Numbered from the stretch's first letter, positions 49,505 to 60,522 are shown. The stretch: 64,000 nucleotides of DNA from Desulfobacterales bacterium (GCA_963668645.2 CAXXWC010000001.1:480001-544000), one strand, 5' to 3'. A program made the numbers and translations. Notes: a model not told the origin generated them from the letters alone.

Positions 49505-51592
49505 ATGAAGTCCGACATTCAAAAGGTTCGCAACATCGGCATCAGTGCCCATATCGACTCGGGCAAGACCACTTTGACGGAACGGATACTGTTCTACACG
49601 CAGCGGATCCATGCCATTCACGACGTCAAAGGAAAAGATGGGGTCGGCGCCACCATGGATTCCATGGAGTTGGAAAAGGAACGCGGCATCACCATCGCCT
49701 CGGCCGCCACTTACTGCCAATGGAAGGGCCACCAGATCAACATCATCGACACCCCGGGACACGTCGATTTTACCATTGAGGTGGAACGGTCCCTGCGGGT
49801 TCTGGACGGCGCCGTTCTCGTGCTGTGCAGCGTCGGAGGGGTCCAATCCCAGTCGATCACCGTTGACCAGCAGATGAAGCGCTACCGGATTCCGTGCATC
49901 GCTTTTGTCAACAAATGCGACCGTAGCGGCGCCAATCCCCGGAGGGTGCTCACCCAATTGCGTGAAAAACTCGGACACAAGGCCCTGGCCATGCAGTTGC
50001 CCATCGGCCTGGAGGCGGACTTCGAGGGGGTGGTCGACCTTCTTTCCATGGAAGCCCTCTACTTTGACGGCCCCAACGGCGAACAGGTGCGCCGCGAACC
50101 GATCCCCCAGGCATTGCAGGACGAGGCCCAGGCCCAACACGAGGCCATCATCGACGCCGCATCCCTCTTCAGCGACGAGTTGACCGAAGCGATCCTCGAA
50201 GGGGGCGAGGTCAGCCACGAGCTGATCGTCCAGGGACTGCGCCAGGGGGTCCTGGCCCGGGAAATCACCCCCGTTTTTCTAGGCTCGGCCTACAAGAACA
50301 AGGGGGTGCAGCCCCTTCTGGATGCGGTCACAAGCCTGCTGCCCTGCCCGGCCGACGTGCCCAATGAGGCTTTGGATCTCGATCATGACGAAGCCCCGGT
50401 GCGCCTCACCAGCCGGGATGAAGAGCCCACCGTAGCCTTGGCCTTCAAGCTCGAAGACGGCCCCTACGGCCAGCTCACCTATATCCGGGTCTACCAGGGA
50501 AGCCTGGCCAAGGGCGACACGGTGGTCAATGTGCGCACCGGCAAAAAGATCAAGATCGGCCGCCTGGTGCGCATGCATGCCAACCAGATGGAAGACATCG
50601 ACCGGATTGCGGCCGGCTTTATCGGTGCACTTTTCGGCGTCGACTGCGCCTCTGGCGACACCTTTACCAGCCCTGAACTGCGCCTGACCATGACCTCGAT
50701 GTTCGTGCCCGATCCGGTGATCTCGCTGTCCATCGTGCCCAAGGACAACAAGGCCCAGATCAACATGTCCAAGGCGTTGAACCGGTTTACCAAGGAAGAT
50801 CCCACCTTCCGCAGCTTCGTGAACGATGAGACCGGCGAGACGATCATAGAAGGCATGGGGGAACTGCACCTTGAGGTCTATGTCGAGCGCATGCGCCGCG
50901 AGTACAAGGCCGAGGTGATCACCGGCCAGCCCCAGGTGGCCTACCGTGAAACCATCACCCAGACAGCCGAGTTCAACTATACCCACAAGAAGCAGACCGG
51001 CGGCGCAGGCCAGTTCGGCCGGGTGGCCGGCTTTATCGAGCCGACCAGCGAGGCGGATTTCCTCTTCGACAACAAGGTCACCGGGGGAGCGATTCCGACC
51101 CAGTATATTCCGGCATGTGAAAAGGGATTCCGCAACTGCATGGCCAAAGGACCGCTGATGGAGCTGCCCGTCACCGGCATCAAGGTGACCATCAACGACG
51201 GGGCCTCCCATTCGGTGGACTCTTCCGACATGGCTTTCCAGGCCGCAGCCCGGGGCGCCTTCCGGGAAGGGTATCACAGGGCCAAACCGGTGATCATGGA
51301 GCCGATCATGAAAGTGGCCGTGGAAACCCCCAGCGAATACCAGGGATCTGTGATGGGACTGCTCAACCAACGCCGCGGCATGATCATCGGTGCCCAGGAC
51401 GAGGGCCCGATGTGCGTGGTGGAAGCCCAGGTGCCCCTGGCCGAGATGTTCGGCTTTTCCACCGTACTGCGCTCGGCCACCCAGGGAAAGGCCCAGTTCA
51501 CCATGGAATTCGCCGCCTATCGCCAGGTGCCCCAGCCCATCGCCGAGGAATTGATCAAAAAGGCGGGGGAAAAAAAGAAAAAAGTTGCCTGA
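49505..51592 (+). CDS. fusA: Elongation factor G (stand-alone, spirochete/planctomycete/delta type)
   Basis: [45 protein letters not shown]. Confidence 0.96.
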   Translation: MKSDIQKVRNIGISAHIDSGKTTLTERILFYTQRIHAIHDVKGKDGVGATMDSMELEKERGITIASAATYCQWKGHQINIIDTPGHVDFTIEVERSLRVLDGAVLVLCSVGGVQSQSITVDQQMKRYRIPCIAFVNKCDRSGANPRRVLTQLREKLGHKALAMQLPIGLEADFEGVVDLLSMEALYFDGPNGEQVRREPIPQALQDEAQAQHEAIIDAASLFSDELTEAILEGGEVSHELIVQGLRQGVLAREITPVFLGSAYKNKGVQPLLDAVTSLLPCPADVPNEALDLDHDEAPVRLTSRDEEPTVALAFKLEDGPYGQLTYIRVYQGSLAKGDTVVNVRTGKKIKIGRLVRMHANQMEDIDRIAAGFIGALFGVDCASGDTFTSPELRLTMTSMFVPDPVISLSIVPKDNKAQINMSKALNRFTKEDPTFRSFVNDETGETIIEGMGELHLEVYVERMRREYKAEVITGQPQVAYRETITQTAEFNYTHKKQTGGAGQFGRVAGFIEPTSEADFLFDNKVTGGAIPTQYIPACEKGFRNCMAKGPLMELPVTGIKVTINDGASHSVDSSDMAFQAAARGAFREGYHRAKPVIMEPIMKVAVETPSEYQGSVMGLLNQRRGMIIGAQDEGPMCVVEAQVPLAEMFGFSTVLRSATQGKAQFTMEFAAYRQVPQPIAEELIKKAGEKKKKVA

Positions 51593-51647
51593 CCGCGAAT
51601 TACGCACGACAAACAGATAGACACGAGTCATGTAAAGGAGCCGCTAG

Positions 51648-52355
51648 ATGCTCAAAAACGATCTGACACTGCGCAACCCGATGCGCCTCTTGGGCCCCTC
51701 CGGGGACGCCCTGCTGCCTTCAGGAGGCTTGGGCGCCGTACTGGCCCGCGCCGGGGTCGGCAAGACCGCCTTTCTGGTCCAACTGGCCCTGGACAACCTT
51801 TTGCAGGGCCGCAAGGTGCTTCACATCAGCCTCAACGACCCGGTGCAAAAAGTGGCCCTTTGGTACCGGGAGGTGCTCGCCACCACCGGTGCCGGCAAAC
51901 CCTCTGCGGGCGCCATTCCGGTTTGGGAGACCCTCCAGCCCCATCTTTTCATCATGACCTTTCGCGTGGAAGGCTTCAGTGTTCCCAAGCTCGAGGAACG
52001 GGTGACCGATTTGACCGCCCAGGGGATCTTTGCCCCGCAGATGGTCCTGGTCGACGGCCTGCCCTTCGAGGACGCTGCCGGCGCGGCAGCGCTGCGCGAG
52101 TTCAAGGACCTGGCCGAAAGCCTGGAGGTGCCTGCCTGGTTTGCCGTGCGCACCCATCGCCACGAGGCCCCGGGCGCCAGTGGACTGCCCCTTCAGGTCG
52201 AGCCGGTCGCGGATCTTTTCCAGGTGCTGCTGCAGCTCAAACCGGAAGGCGCCAGCATCCGGGTCGAAGCCCTCAAAGGCGGTCCCAAGGGCGCGGGCCA
52301 ACTGCCGATAGTGCTCGATCCGACCACCATGCTGGTCCGCGATCCAAAGGCCTGA
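51648..52355 (+). CDS. RecA/KaiC-like P-loop protein of unknown function
   Basis: ARAGVGKT, KVLHISL, VLVDG. Confidence 0.75.
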   Translation: MLKNDLTLRNPMRLLGPSGDALLPSGGLGAVLARAGVGKTAFLVQLALDNLLQGRKVLHISLNDPVQKVALWYREVLATTGAGKPSAGAIPVWETLQPHLFIMTFRVEGFSVPKLEERVTDLTAQGIFAPQMVLVDGLPFEDAAGAAALREFKDLAESLEVPAWFAVRTHRHEAPGASGLPLQVEPVADLFQVLLQLKPEGASIRVEALKGGPKGAGQLPIVLDPTTMLVRDPKA

Positions 52356-52379
52356 CGCGGCAAAGGAGTTCTTGGCCCG

Positions 52380-53564
52380 TTGCCAACGTCTGAAAACGCT
52401 TCACTTTCAGGTTATCGGCCCGTCTGGCAGGAATCCATGGGGGCCGTTGACCAGGACGGCTGGAACCGGCTGGCCCTGGCGGCAGCGACGCCTTTTCTCG
52501 AATGGGAATGGCTTGAACTGCTTGAATCCTCGGGAAGCATCGCGCCCCACCGAGGCTGGAGACCCCAGCATCTTACCGTCTGGCGCCACGACCGTCTGGT
52601 GGCCGCGGCTCCTTTTTACATCAAACAAGACAGTGAAGCCGAATTTGTTTTCGACCAACCCTGGGCCGAGGTAGCCGCTCACATCGGGGCCGCCTACTAT
52701 CCCAAACTGGTGGGCGCGGTTCCTGTAACCCCCCTCGGCGGCTACCGCTTTCTAATCGCTCCCGAACACGACGCGGCCCGGCTGACCCGGCTGATGGTCC
52801 ACTGGGCCATGGAGCGCTGCCGGGTCCTGGGCCTGGGCGGATGCCATCTGCTCTTTGTCGATCCGGACGCTTGCGCCCCGCTGACCGAAGCGGGTTTCCA
52901 GGCCTGGCACCACCACGGCTTCGTCTGGCAGAATAAAGCCTACAGCAGTTTTGAGGACTTTCTGGAGCGCTTCACGCCCAACCAGCGCCGCAATATCCGC
53001 CGCGAACGCCGTCGCCTGGCCGCATCGGGGATCCGGGTGGCCACCTATCCGGGCCAGGAGATCCCCGAGGAGTTTTTCTCCCGGATGCACCAATGGTACG
53101 TTCATACCAATGAGCGCTACGGCCCTTGGGGCGGACGCTATCTGACCTCGGCTTTTTTCACCGGTTTGGCCCACCGATGGCGACACCGGCTGCTCTTCAC
53201 GGCCGGCAGCCGCACAATCGATCCGACCGCCCCGCCTTTGGGCATGGCCATGCTGGTCTACAAGGGAAAGCGGCTCTACGGCCGCTATTGGGGTGGGGAT
53301 CCACGCGTGCCCCTGCTGCACTTCGAAGCTTGCTACTACCTGCCCATCGCCTGGGCCATCGGCGAGGCCATCGAAACCTTCGATCCGGGCATGGGCGGGG
53401 CACACAAGCTGCGCCGCGGCTTTGTTTCCCGTCCGACCCTGAGCCTGCACCGGTTCACCGATCCGCGCCTGGAGGCGGTCATGGCAGCCAACATCGACCG
53501 CATCAACCGCCTCGAAGACCGGCAGATTGAAACCCTCAACGCATCGATGCCCTTGCGGGCATAA
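52380..53564 (+). CDS. FemAB-like GNAT protein (DUF482)
   Basis: PFLEWEWL, EFVFDQPW, YYPKL, LYGRYWG, LHFEACYY, HKLRRGF. Confidence 0.9.
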   Translation: MPTSENASLSGYRPVWQESMGAVDQDGWNRLALAAATPFLEWEWLELLESSGSIAPHRGWRPQHLTVWRHDRLVAAAPFYIKQDSEAEFVFDQPWAEVAAHIGAAYYPKLVGAVPVTPLGGYRFLIAPEHDAARLTRLMVHWAMERCRVLGLGGCHLLFVDPDACAPLTEAGFQAWHHHGFVWQNKAYSSFEDFLERFTPNQRRNIRRERRRLAASGIRVATYPGQEIPEEFFSRMHQWYVHTNERYGPWGGRYLTSAFFTGLAHRWRHRLLFTAGSRTIDPTAPPLGMAMLVYKGKRLYGRYWGGDPRVPLLHFEACYYLPIAWAIGEAIETFDPGMGGAHKLRRGFVSRPTLSLHRFTDPRLEAVMAANIDRINRLEDRQIETLNASMPLRA

Positions 53565-53625
53565 GAACGAAACCGATGGTTTCGCTTTTATACCTAACAT
53601 ACTGATTATAAAAGTTGATTAGGTG

Positions 53626-54129
53626 TTATAAATCTGGAACACCGGCAGGATTGAGGCCGTTGCTGGGATCGCCTTCGGCCATCATTTCGGCCAGCAGCCG
53701 TTGCTCGCGCGGGCCGGGGACCAACCCTTCCAGCGCGGCCTCGGCGACGGTCTGGCCGTCCTGATTGCGAAAAACCGCCTCGGCCCTGGCGCGATAGCGG
53801 CCGGATACTTCGACAATGGTCATATGGCAGATCACGGTGTCACCGGGATAAACCGGCCGGCGGAAGCGAAAATCCATACCGGAGGCCAGCCATCCGATCT
53901 GGCCGCCGATTTCGGTCAGCAAGCTGCCGACCAGCAGACCGTGGCAGACCGGCCCGGCAAAACCCTTCAGAGCGGTCCAGCGGGACTCGAAATGCACTGG
54001 GTTGTAATCGCGGCTCAAGGCTGCAAAGGCCTTAACCTCGGCCGCACTGAAGGTCCGGCGCACCTCGAAACTGTCCCCGGCGCATAACCCCTGGCTGGTG
54101 CGCATGCGAATGGTGGTCATCATCCTCAC
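53626..54129 (-). CDS. MaoC-like hot-dog dehydratase
   Basis: FAALSRDYNPVH, CHGLL, FRRPVYPGD. Confidence 0.87.
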   Translation of the reverse strand: MRMMTTIRMRTSQGLCAGDSFEVRRTFSAAEVKAFAALSRDYNPVHFESRWTALKGFAGPVCHGLLVGSLLTEIGGQIGWLASGMDFRFRRPVYPGDTVICHMTIVEVSGRYRARAEAVFRNQDGQTVAEAALEGLVPGPREQRLLAEMMAEGDPSNGLNPAGVPDL

Positions 54130-55322
54130 TTTCCGGCCAGGGCTGCCCGTGCCGCACCGAGCAGCGTGGCATCGGGCACGGTGCAGACCTTGACCCGTAC
54201 ATGCCCCAGTTCGTATGCCTCGAGCAGTTCGTTCAATGTCTGCACCAGGGTGCCAAGGTACTCGCAGTGCCCGGCAAGACGGCCCCGCAACAATCCGCCT
54301 ACAGCCACCACCCGCACCGTATCGATCGGAGCGGTCCGGTGACGCAAATCAACGGCCGCAGTCAGCAGGGCGGCCGCGATCTGGGCCGACCGGCGCACCA
54401 GTACGCGCGCCAGGTGCAGCATCCCGGCATCCGGTCCTTGCGGGACCGCATCTGCCAGAGATTCGAGCATAGGCGGCGGCCCGCCGCCCCGGGCGGTGCA
54501 GATTAGGGCCAACATCCGGTTTAAGTACATGCCGGATAAGACCTTTTCCAGCCTCTGGCGTCCGGGGTTCTCCGAAGCGGCGTCCAGATCGGCATCCCAT
54601 TCGGTCAGATGCGGCAAAAAAAAGTCGCCCGATTCCATGTTGAGGGCTGCCTCGCTGTCCGGTTCGCCCCCGGCCGCCGTACCGGCCGGCCAGGCCAGGG
54701 CCAGGTTGGTTCCCGTACCCACCACCAACCCCATGCGCATTTGGGCCGCGTCCCGCCCCTCATCGGCATACAGTAAAGCCATGCTGTCGTTGAGGACGCG
54801 CACCGGCCCGCAACGGATCCGGCCGCGCGCGGCAATGTGCTGTGCAAGAAGGCGGCCGACCCTGCGGCCGATCATTGCCGGCACTTCAATCCCCTTGGTC
54901 CAGCGGATCAGCCTGGCGTCGCCGTCGCCGGCAGGCCGGATGGGAAAGGAGAAAGCGTATCCCAGGGGCAGCCCCGGCTCCGGCGCCAGGTCTTCGATCA
55001 ATTGGGCCTGGAGTTCCAGAAAGCGCTCCATCGGAAAGGGAACGCCCCGTTGCCAGGGCATCCGCACCACCAGCGGCCCCTTTTCGACCCAGGCCCCGGT
55101 CTTGCCCCAGCGCACCAAGGCGGACCGGACCCGGCTGCCCCCCAGATCCAAGCCCAGGGCCGCGTCGGCCAAGGGAACCTTGGGGCTCAAGGCCGGATCC
55201 GGCCGGCACTCCGGATCGGCCAGGAGGCGCTCCAGTTTTCGGGCGAGCTGCGCCCTGAGACTATCGAGGATCTCATGCAGCCGGTTTCGGCTCAACGTCA
55301 GGCAGCACGTCACGTGGGTCAT
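54126..55322 (-). CDS. Hexokinase (eukaryote-type family)
   Basis: LDLGGSRVR, LGYAFSFP, LIRWTKG, LNDS, VVGTGTN, NMESG, QRLEKVLSGMYL. Confidence 0.85.
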   Translation of the reverse strand: MTHVTCCLTLSRNRLHEILDSLRAQLARKLERLLADPECRPDPALSPKVPLADAALGLDLGGSRVRSALVRWGKTGAWVEKGPLVVRMPWQRGVPFPMERFLELQAQLIEDLAPEPGLPLGYAFSFPIRPAGDGDARLIRWTKGIEVPAMIGRRVGRLLAQHIAARGRIRCGPVRVLNDSMALLYADEGRDAAQMRMGLVVGTGTNLALAWPAGTAAGGEPDSEAALNMESGDFFLPHLTEWDADLDAASENPGRQRLEKVLSGMYLNRMLALICTARGGGPPPMLESLADAVPQGPDAGMLHLARVLVRRSAQIAAALLTAAVDLRHRTAPIDTVRVVAVGGLLRGRLAGHCEYLGTLVQTLNELLEAYELGHVRVKVCTVPDATLLGAARAALAGK

Positions 55323-55355
55323 ACAACCCTTGATCCGATCCTGGGCACCGCGGCT

Positions 55356-57020
55356 CTAGTCTGCCGTGCAGGGTTCTATATCATCGCAAATCCAGGACTC
55401 GAGCAAATCGCGCTCCTCGGGACTCAGATCGAGTTGGGCATCGGCGCACAGGTTGATCACGTTCTTGCGGAACACGTCGGCGAATATTCCGGCCCGATCC
55501 TTTTCCGGCCGCAGGCCGAAGCGATGCCCGCCGTATGAAATACCTCGCAGAATAAAGGAAATGGTGGCCCGGCTGATGCTGTATCCTTTTTCAAGGCAGC
55601 GGTCCCGGACCATCTTGCTCGTCCCGGTAAAATGATAGCGGCAGCTCTGGAGGACTTCTTCCAGCGATTGAAAAACGTCGGCGTACTCTTCGGGAGTCAG
55701 ATCCGGTGTGTGTGTCAAGTTGTGGATCCGCTGAATCAGGCCGGTCAAGCTCGGAGGCAGGTCGGCAAAGCGGCACCCGGCATCATCCTGGCTCGGCGGC
55801 GTGTGCCGGTCAGGATCGAGAAGGTAGGCCGGCAGGCCTGGAGCGGTAAAAATGGCGATACCGCTTTCGGGATAGCTTTCGATCAGGGCTTTGAAGGTGC
55901 CGGCGCCGGCCCATTGGCTGGTCAAGACTCCTTCCCCCAAATCGGCTACCACCTCCTGGGCCATCTTGGCCATCAGCAAGGGCCGATCGGCCTCTTCGAT
56001 CCGCCCGCGCACAAAGTCCACCACCCGCCGGGGCAGAACCTCGTCATCATCATCGCCGGAAAAATCGGCGCCTGCCGCCGAAGCGCCGGCCGATGCAGAC
56101 TTGCGCCGCTCACCGGCCACCGGCATGGCCACCACGACCTTCCACGGGTCGCTGTCGAGCAGGGCGAGGTCCGAACGGCATGCTACCACCGCCTGGGTCA
56201 ACCGGCGCAGCGAACCGTACCCGAGCCAGTCGCTACTGCTGCGAAACACATCGAATTCGCCGTAGATTTTGGGCAGGTTGGCCGCCAGAATCTCACCGTC
56301 GGTGCTGGCCCGCTCGTAGACCAGGTCGGCAATGCGCGCAAGAAGCCGGGGAGAAATCCCGCCATCCCCCTGCCCGGGGTTGGGGCCGCCCGAAAAATCG
56401 GTATCCACCCCGCTGACGCCCAAAGCGAACTCGATAAAGTTATCGACGCTGATCAGATAATCACAAGCCGACTTGTACGCCTCGCTGGCCGGACCGACCG
56501 CCAGAACGGTGGTCCGGCGATCATAGGCGCGCAGCCGCTGCAAAACCGGGGTGAAATCGGCGTCCCCGGACAGAATGATATACTCATCGAAGCGGGTCTC
56601 GTGCTTGAGGGTGTCCAGTACGTCCATCACCATGCGGATGTCGCTGCTGGTCTTGCCTTTTTCCGTCAGGGGGGGGCAATCGACGATGGTAAAGGCCGAC
56701 CGGGTGAAATAGGGCCTGAACCGGTAAAAGGTGCGCGGGTTGAGGTAACAGTTGCGGATCAGCACCGACCGCTGCCCGCCGGGGGCGTCCTGGCAGCTGT
56801 CCAGGGCAGCCGGCATCCCGTTCTCGATCCATTCGAGCCAGCCGGCCGGGTTGCTGCCGAAACTTTCAGCCGCCTGGCTGTCAAGACTGTTCAGGCCGAT
56901 ATAGATGTTGTCGAAATCGACGAAAAGGGCCGCTCGGGGGCATCCGGTACGGCGCAACCCATTGACGGGTGATCTGGTTTTCATGGCAATGCTGCTCTTG
57001 TCCCTTTTGAGGTTATTCAT
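55356..57020 (-). CDS. NYN (LabA/DUF88, PIN-like) domain protein with OST-HTH/LOTUS-like repeats
   Basis: LFVDFDNI, GKTSSDIRM, LSGDADFTP; WLGYGSLRRL and WAGAGTFKAL; ATGA overlap with xth. Confidence 0.82.
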   Translation of the reverse strand: MNNLKRDKSSIAMKTRSPVNGLRRTGCPRAALFVDFDNIYIGLNSLDSQAAESFGSNPAGWLEWIENGMPAALDSCQDAPGGQRSVLIRNCYLNPRTFYRFRPYFTRSAFTIVDCPPLTEKGKTSSDIRMVMDVLDTLKHETRFDEYIILSGDADFTPVLQRLRAYDRRTTVLAVGPASEAYKSACDYLISVDNFIEFALGVSGVDTDFSGGPNPGQGDGGISPRLLARIADLVYERASTDGEILAANLPKIYGEFDVFRSSSDWLGYGSLRRLTQAVVACRSDLALLDSDPWKVVVAMPVAGERRKSASAGASAAGADFSGDDDDEVLPRRVVDFVRGRIEEADRPLLMAKMAQEVVADLGEGVLTSQWAGAGTFKALIESYPESGIAIFTAPGLPAYLLDPDRHTPPSQDDAGCRFADLPPSLTGLIQRIHNLTHTPDLTPEEYADVFQSLEEVLQSCRYHFTGTSKMVRDRCLEKGYSISRATISFILRGISYGGHRFGLRPEKDRAGIFADVFRKNVINLCADAQLDLSPEERDLLESWICDDIEPCTAD

Positions 57021-57802
57021 ATCTCCAGCACGATGCCCACCGGGCAATGATCCGAACCGAAGATATCGTTGTCAATAAACGCCTCGCGCAGCCAGCCGCG
57101 GGCGACGATCTCCGGGGTAACAAAAAAATAATCGATGCGCCACCCCACGTTGCGCTCGCGAGCCTTGAAGCGATAGGTCCACCACGAGTATTTAACCGCA
57201 TCGGGATAAAGATGGCGGAAGGTGTCGATATAGCCGCGGGCCACGATGCGATCGATCCAGTCGCGCTCGATACGCAAAAAGCCAGATGTTTTTTGGTTTT
57301 CCTTGGGGTTTTTGAGGTCTATTTCGTTATGAGCGGTATTGTAATCACCGCAAATCACCAAGGCGCGCCCCTGTGCGCGCAAAAGGTCACAATATGCAAA
57401 AAAAGCTTCGTAGAATCTCAGCTTATAGTCAAGCCTTTCGTCGCCGGTCTGCCCATTGGGGAAATAGACGTTTAAAAGGATGAAATGCTCCAGATCCAGA
57501 GCAAGAATCCTTCCTTCATCGTCGAATTCGGGCACTCCGATTCCTTCAACGGCCCGAACCGGCGCCATGCGGCTGTAAATCGCCGTTCCGCTGTATCCTT
57601 TTTTAACCCTGCAAAAGGACCAGTAAGGCCGGTAGCCGGCGATATCCTGCATCGCCGCGGTCAGTTTACTCTCTTGTAGCTTTGTCTCCTGAATGGCCAC
57701 CAGATCGGCGTCCAGCCGGATCAGGGTCTCGGCAAAGCCTTTGTTCATCGCGGCGTTCAGCCCGTTGACGTTCCAGGAAACCAGTTTAAGCCGTCGCGTC
57801 AT
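57017..57802 (-). CDS. xth: Exodeoxyribonuclease III
   Basis: SWNVNG, IQETK, GYSGTA, YFPNG, GDYN, GWRIDY, SDHCP. Confidence 0.95.
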   Translation of the reverse strand: MTRRLKLVSWNVNGLNAAMNKGFAETLIRLDADLVAIQETKLQESKLTAAMQDIAGYRPYWSFCRVKKGYSGTAIYSRMAPVRAVEGIGVPEFDDEGRILALDLEHFILLNVYFPNGQTGDERLDYKLRFYEAFFAYCDLLRAQGRALVICGDYNTAHNEIDLKNPKENQKTSGFLRIERDWIDRIVARGYIDTFRHLYPDAVKYSWWTYRFKARERNVGWRIDYFFVTPEIVARGWLREAFIDNDIFGSDHCPVGIVLEI

Positions 57803-57855
57803 AAGGCAGACTCCAAACGGAAGAAAATGAATTACGTACCAGGTTCCAACCCACT

Positions 57856-58518
57856 CTAACGATTGCGCCGCACTCCCACCCGACGACAAAGGTCGGATAC
57901 CGGACAACGGCTGCACCAGGGGGACACCGGATGGCAGAGGGTCTGCCCGAAGGCGACGAGAATCTCGTTGTAGTGCACCCAGTAGCGCCGCGGCAGCTTG
58001 CGACGCAGGCGCATTTCGGTCTGTTCCGGGGTTCGGGTGCGCACGTAGCCCACCCGATTGCTGATACGATGGACATGGGTATCGACACAGATCCCGTCCA
58101 GGCCGAAACCTTCCACGCGCACCAGATTGGCGGTCTTGCGCCCCACCCCGGGCAATTCCAGGAGTTCTTCAAGCCCGGAAGGGACCTGGCCCTGGTAGCG
58201 TTCGAGCAGCACGGTACTGATCTGCTTGAGCCGGCGTGCCTTGGTCTTCCAGAAACCGACCGGGTAAATCAAGGCTTCGATGGCAGCCAAGTCCAAGGAC
58301 AGGATCGTTTCAGGGGTCCGGGCCACATCCAGGAGCCTTTGAGAAGCCTTGATTGTGACCGGATCTTTGGTGCGCAGCGACAGCAGGGTCGACACCAGGA
58401 TCTCAAAGGGCGAGGACCCGCGCTGGGCGATGAGGGTGATCACCGGAGCCGACCAGGCGGGGTAATTTTCCTCGAGGACCGCCATGAAACGGTCGATGTC
58501 GAATCCGGGGCGGCCCAT
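57856..58518 (-). CDS. nth: Endonuclease III
   Basis: LLSLRTKD, LPGVGRKTA, VDTHVHR, CHPVSPWCSRCPVSDLC (4Fe-4S). Confidence 0.94.
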   Translation of the reverse strand: MGRPGFDIDRFMAVLEENYPAWSAPVITLIAQRGSSPFEILVSTLLSLRTKDPVTIKASQRLLDVARTPETILSLDLAAIEALIYPVGFWKTKARRLKQISTVLLERYQGQVPSGLEELLELPGVGRKTANLVRVEGFGLDGICVDTHVHRISNRVGYVRTRTPEQTEMRLRRKLPRRYWVHYNEILVAFGQTLCHPVSPWCSRCPVSDLCRRVGVRRNR

Positions 58519-58603
58519 CCTTGTCAACGCATTATCGACCTGAAGTGAACGCTCTTGGCCAACGGTTCGGATCTGGAACCGTTGGCGCGAGAAGGGCCGG
58601 GAC

Positions 58604-59065
58604 TCAACGCGGATGGCAAAGCACACAGCCGGTGGGGCCGGTCTTCAACTGCACCGTGGCCAGGCTATTGGCCTTTTCAGCGGCCAGATTCCGTTTGGCC
58701 GTAGACTTGTGGCAGCCTAAGCATGATCCGTGGTAGGCGTTTTTGAAGTATCGATATGCCGGCAGTCCACTCTCCTTGGTTGCAGGTTCTGTCAAATCAT
58801 GGCAACCGGCGGTACCGCAGCCGATGTTCTCCGCAGCACCGGTCCACTTGTGATGGCATGCGACACAGGCCAGTTCCAGATGCTGCCCGTGGGGGAAATC
58901 CACAGCGCTGCGCATGGCCTCGACACCGGCGGGCGCCTCAATCGTCAGCGTTCCGAGGGGCACGCAAAGACTCTCTTCAGAATCGCCGGCCGAGGCTATG
59001 CCAACGGCCATGCAAGTGCACAGAATCATCCCCAGGCTCCAGAACCATCGCTTGTCGATCCGCAT
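58604..59065 (-). CDS. Class III tetraheme cytochrome c3
   Basis: Signal peptide; FPHGQH; heme motifs CVACH, CGTAGCH, CLGCH, CVLCH. Confidence 0.9.
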   Translation of the reverse strand: MRIDKRWFWSLGMILCTCMAVGIASAGDSEESLCVPLGTLTIEAPAGVEAMRSAVDFPHGQHLELACVACHHKWTGAAENIGCGTAGCHDLTEPATKESGLPAYRYFKNAYHGSCLGCHKSTAKRNLAAEKANSLATVQLKTGPTGCVLCHPR

Positions 59066-59388
59066 CCATCTCCTCCTTGGTGGCCGAAAGGATTTTCGCC
59101 CCGGGCGGCGCCGCACCAATCACCGCCTTCCAGGCGCCGCCATGGCCGAAGTATAGCTTTAGCTTGAAACGCTATTAGCACAACGGGAACAATCGAAAAA
59201 GATCACCGCACTACTATACGATACGCCCGATTCGTGCAACCCTATTTTCATCGGCCGCACCCGCGTTGCAGTCATACCAACGGATCCCAAAGCATCATTT
59301 ACTTTCCATCGCCGCTCGCCTATAACGACTGAGTCAAACTCAACCCCTGAGCCGCAATCGAACTGCGGCCCATCGCGCGGAGGTCATC

Positions 59389-60522
59389 ATGGGAAGCAAC
59401 AATCTCGTTTTCCTGGAAAATCTGGAATGGTTCGACCCGACCGGGGATACCCTGGTGCAGCGCCTGCCCGCCGAGGGGTCGGGGGAGATCAAGTGGGGCG
59501 CGCAACTGACTGTCCGTGAAAGCCAGGCAGCGGTCTTCTTTTATAAAGGCAAGGCGGTGGAGGCTTTCGCGGCCGGCCGCCACACCCTCAAAACCGGCAA
59601 CATCCCGATCCTGACCAAGTTGGCCAGCATTCCCTGGGGACTGACCAGCCCCCTGCGCGCCGAGGTCTATTTCGTCAACCTGAAGGTGTTCACCAATCTG
59701 AAGTGGGGCACCCGCGATCCGGTGGCCTTTAAAGACGCCGAACTCGGCTTGGTGCGGCTGAGGGCCTTTGGCGTGTTCAACCTGCAGGTCGTCCAGCCGA
59801 TCCTCTTTGTCAACCGCCTGGTCGGCACTGAGGGGATTTTCACCACGGAAGCGGTGGAATCCTATCTGAACCAGGTCATCGTATCGCGTTTTAACGACTT
59901 CATGGGTGAGACCATCGACACCATCTTCAGCCTGCCGGCCCGCTACGACGAATTGTCAGGCGCCCTGAGCCAACGCTTGCAGGAAGACTTGAGCCACTTC
60001 GGCCTGGCGTTGACCCATCTGTATATCAACGCCATCACCCCGCCGCCCGAGGTGCAGCAGGCCATCGACGACCGCAGCCGCCTGGGGGCCCTGCCCGACC
60101 TGGACCGGCTCATGCAGATGAAAGCCGCCATGGCCATGGAAAAGGCCGCCGGGACCCAGGGAACCACCGGCGAGACCATGGGGGCCGGCCTCGGGTTGAT
60201 GCTCCCGGCCATGTTCGCCCGGTTCATGACCGGCGCTGCCGGCCCGTCGCCGGCGCAAGAAAACCTTGCCGCCTGCCCTGAGTGCCGCCAGCCCATCCCG
60301 GCGCAAGCCAAGTTCTGCCCCTTTTGCGGGCACCAGCAGGTCGTCTTCGGCCAGTGCACCCAGTGCGGCAAGAACCTGCCGCCCAATGCCCGTTTCTGCC
60401 CGCGCTGCGGCCAGCCGGCCGATACCAAACCGAACCCCTGGCACTGCATCCACTGCGGCACCCAAAACATAGCCGGGGCACTGTTCTGCAACCAGTGCGG
60501 GGAGAGACACCACCCCGAGTGA
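59389..60522 (+). CDS. SPFH (YdjI-like) protein with three C-terminal zinc ribbons
   Basis: GAQLTVRESQAAVF, GRHTL, KWGT..P; CPEC/CPFC, CTQC/CPRC, CIHC/CNQC. Confidence 0.88.
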   Translation: MGSNNLVFLENLEWFDPTGDTLVQRLPAEGSGEIKWGAQLTVRESQAAVFFYKGKAVEAFAAGRHTLKTGNIPILTKLASIPWGLTSPLRAEVYFVNLKVFTNLKWGTRDPVAFKDAELGLVRLRAFGVFNLQVVQPILFVNRLVGTEGIFTTEAVESYLNQVIVSRFNDFMGETIDTIFSLPARYDELSGALSQRLQEDLSHFGLALTHLYINAITPPPEVQQAIDDRSRLGALPDLDRLMQMKAAMAMEKAAGTQGTTGETMGAGLGLMLPAMFARFMTGAAGPSPAQENLAACPECRQPIPAQAKFCPFCGHQQVVFGQCTQCGKNLPPNARFCPRCGQPADTKPNPWHCIHCGTQNIAGALFCNQCGERHHPE

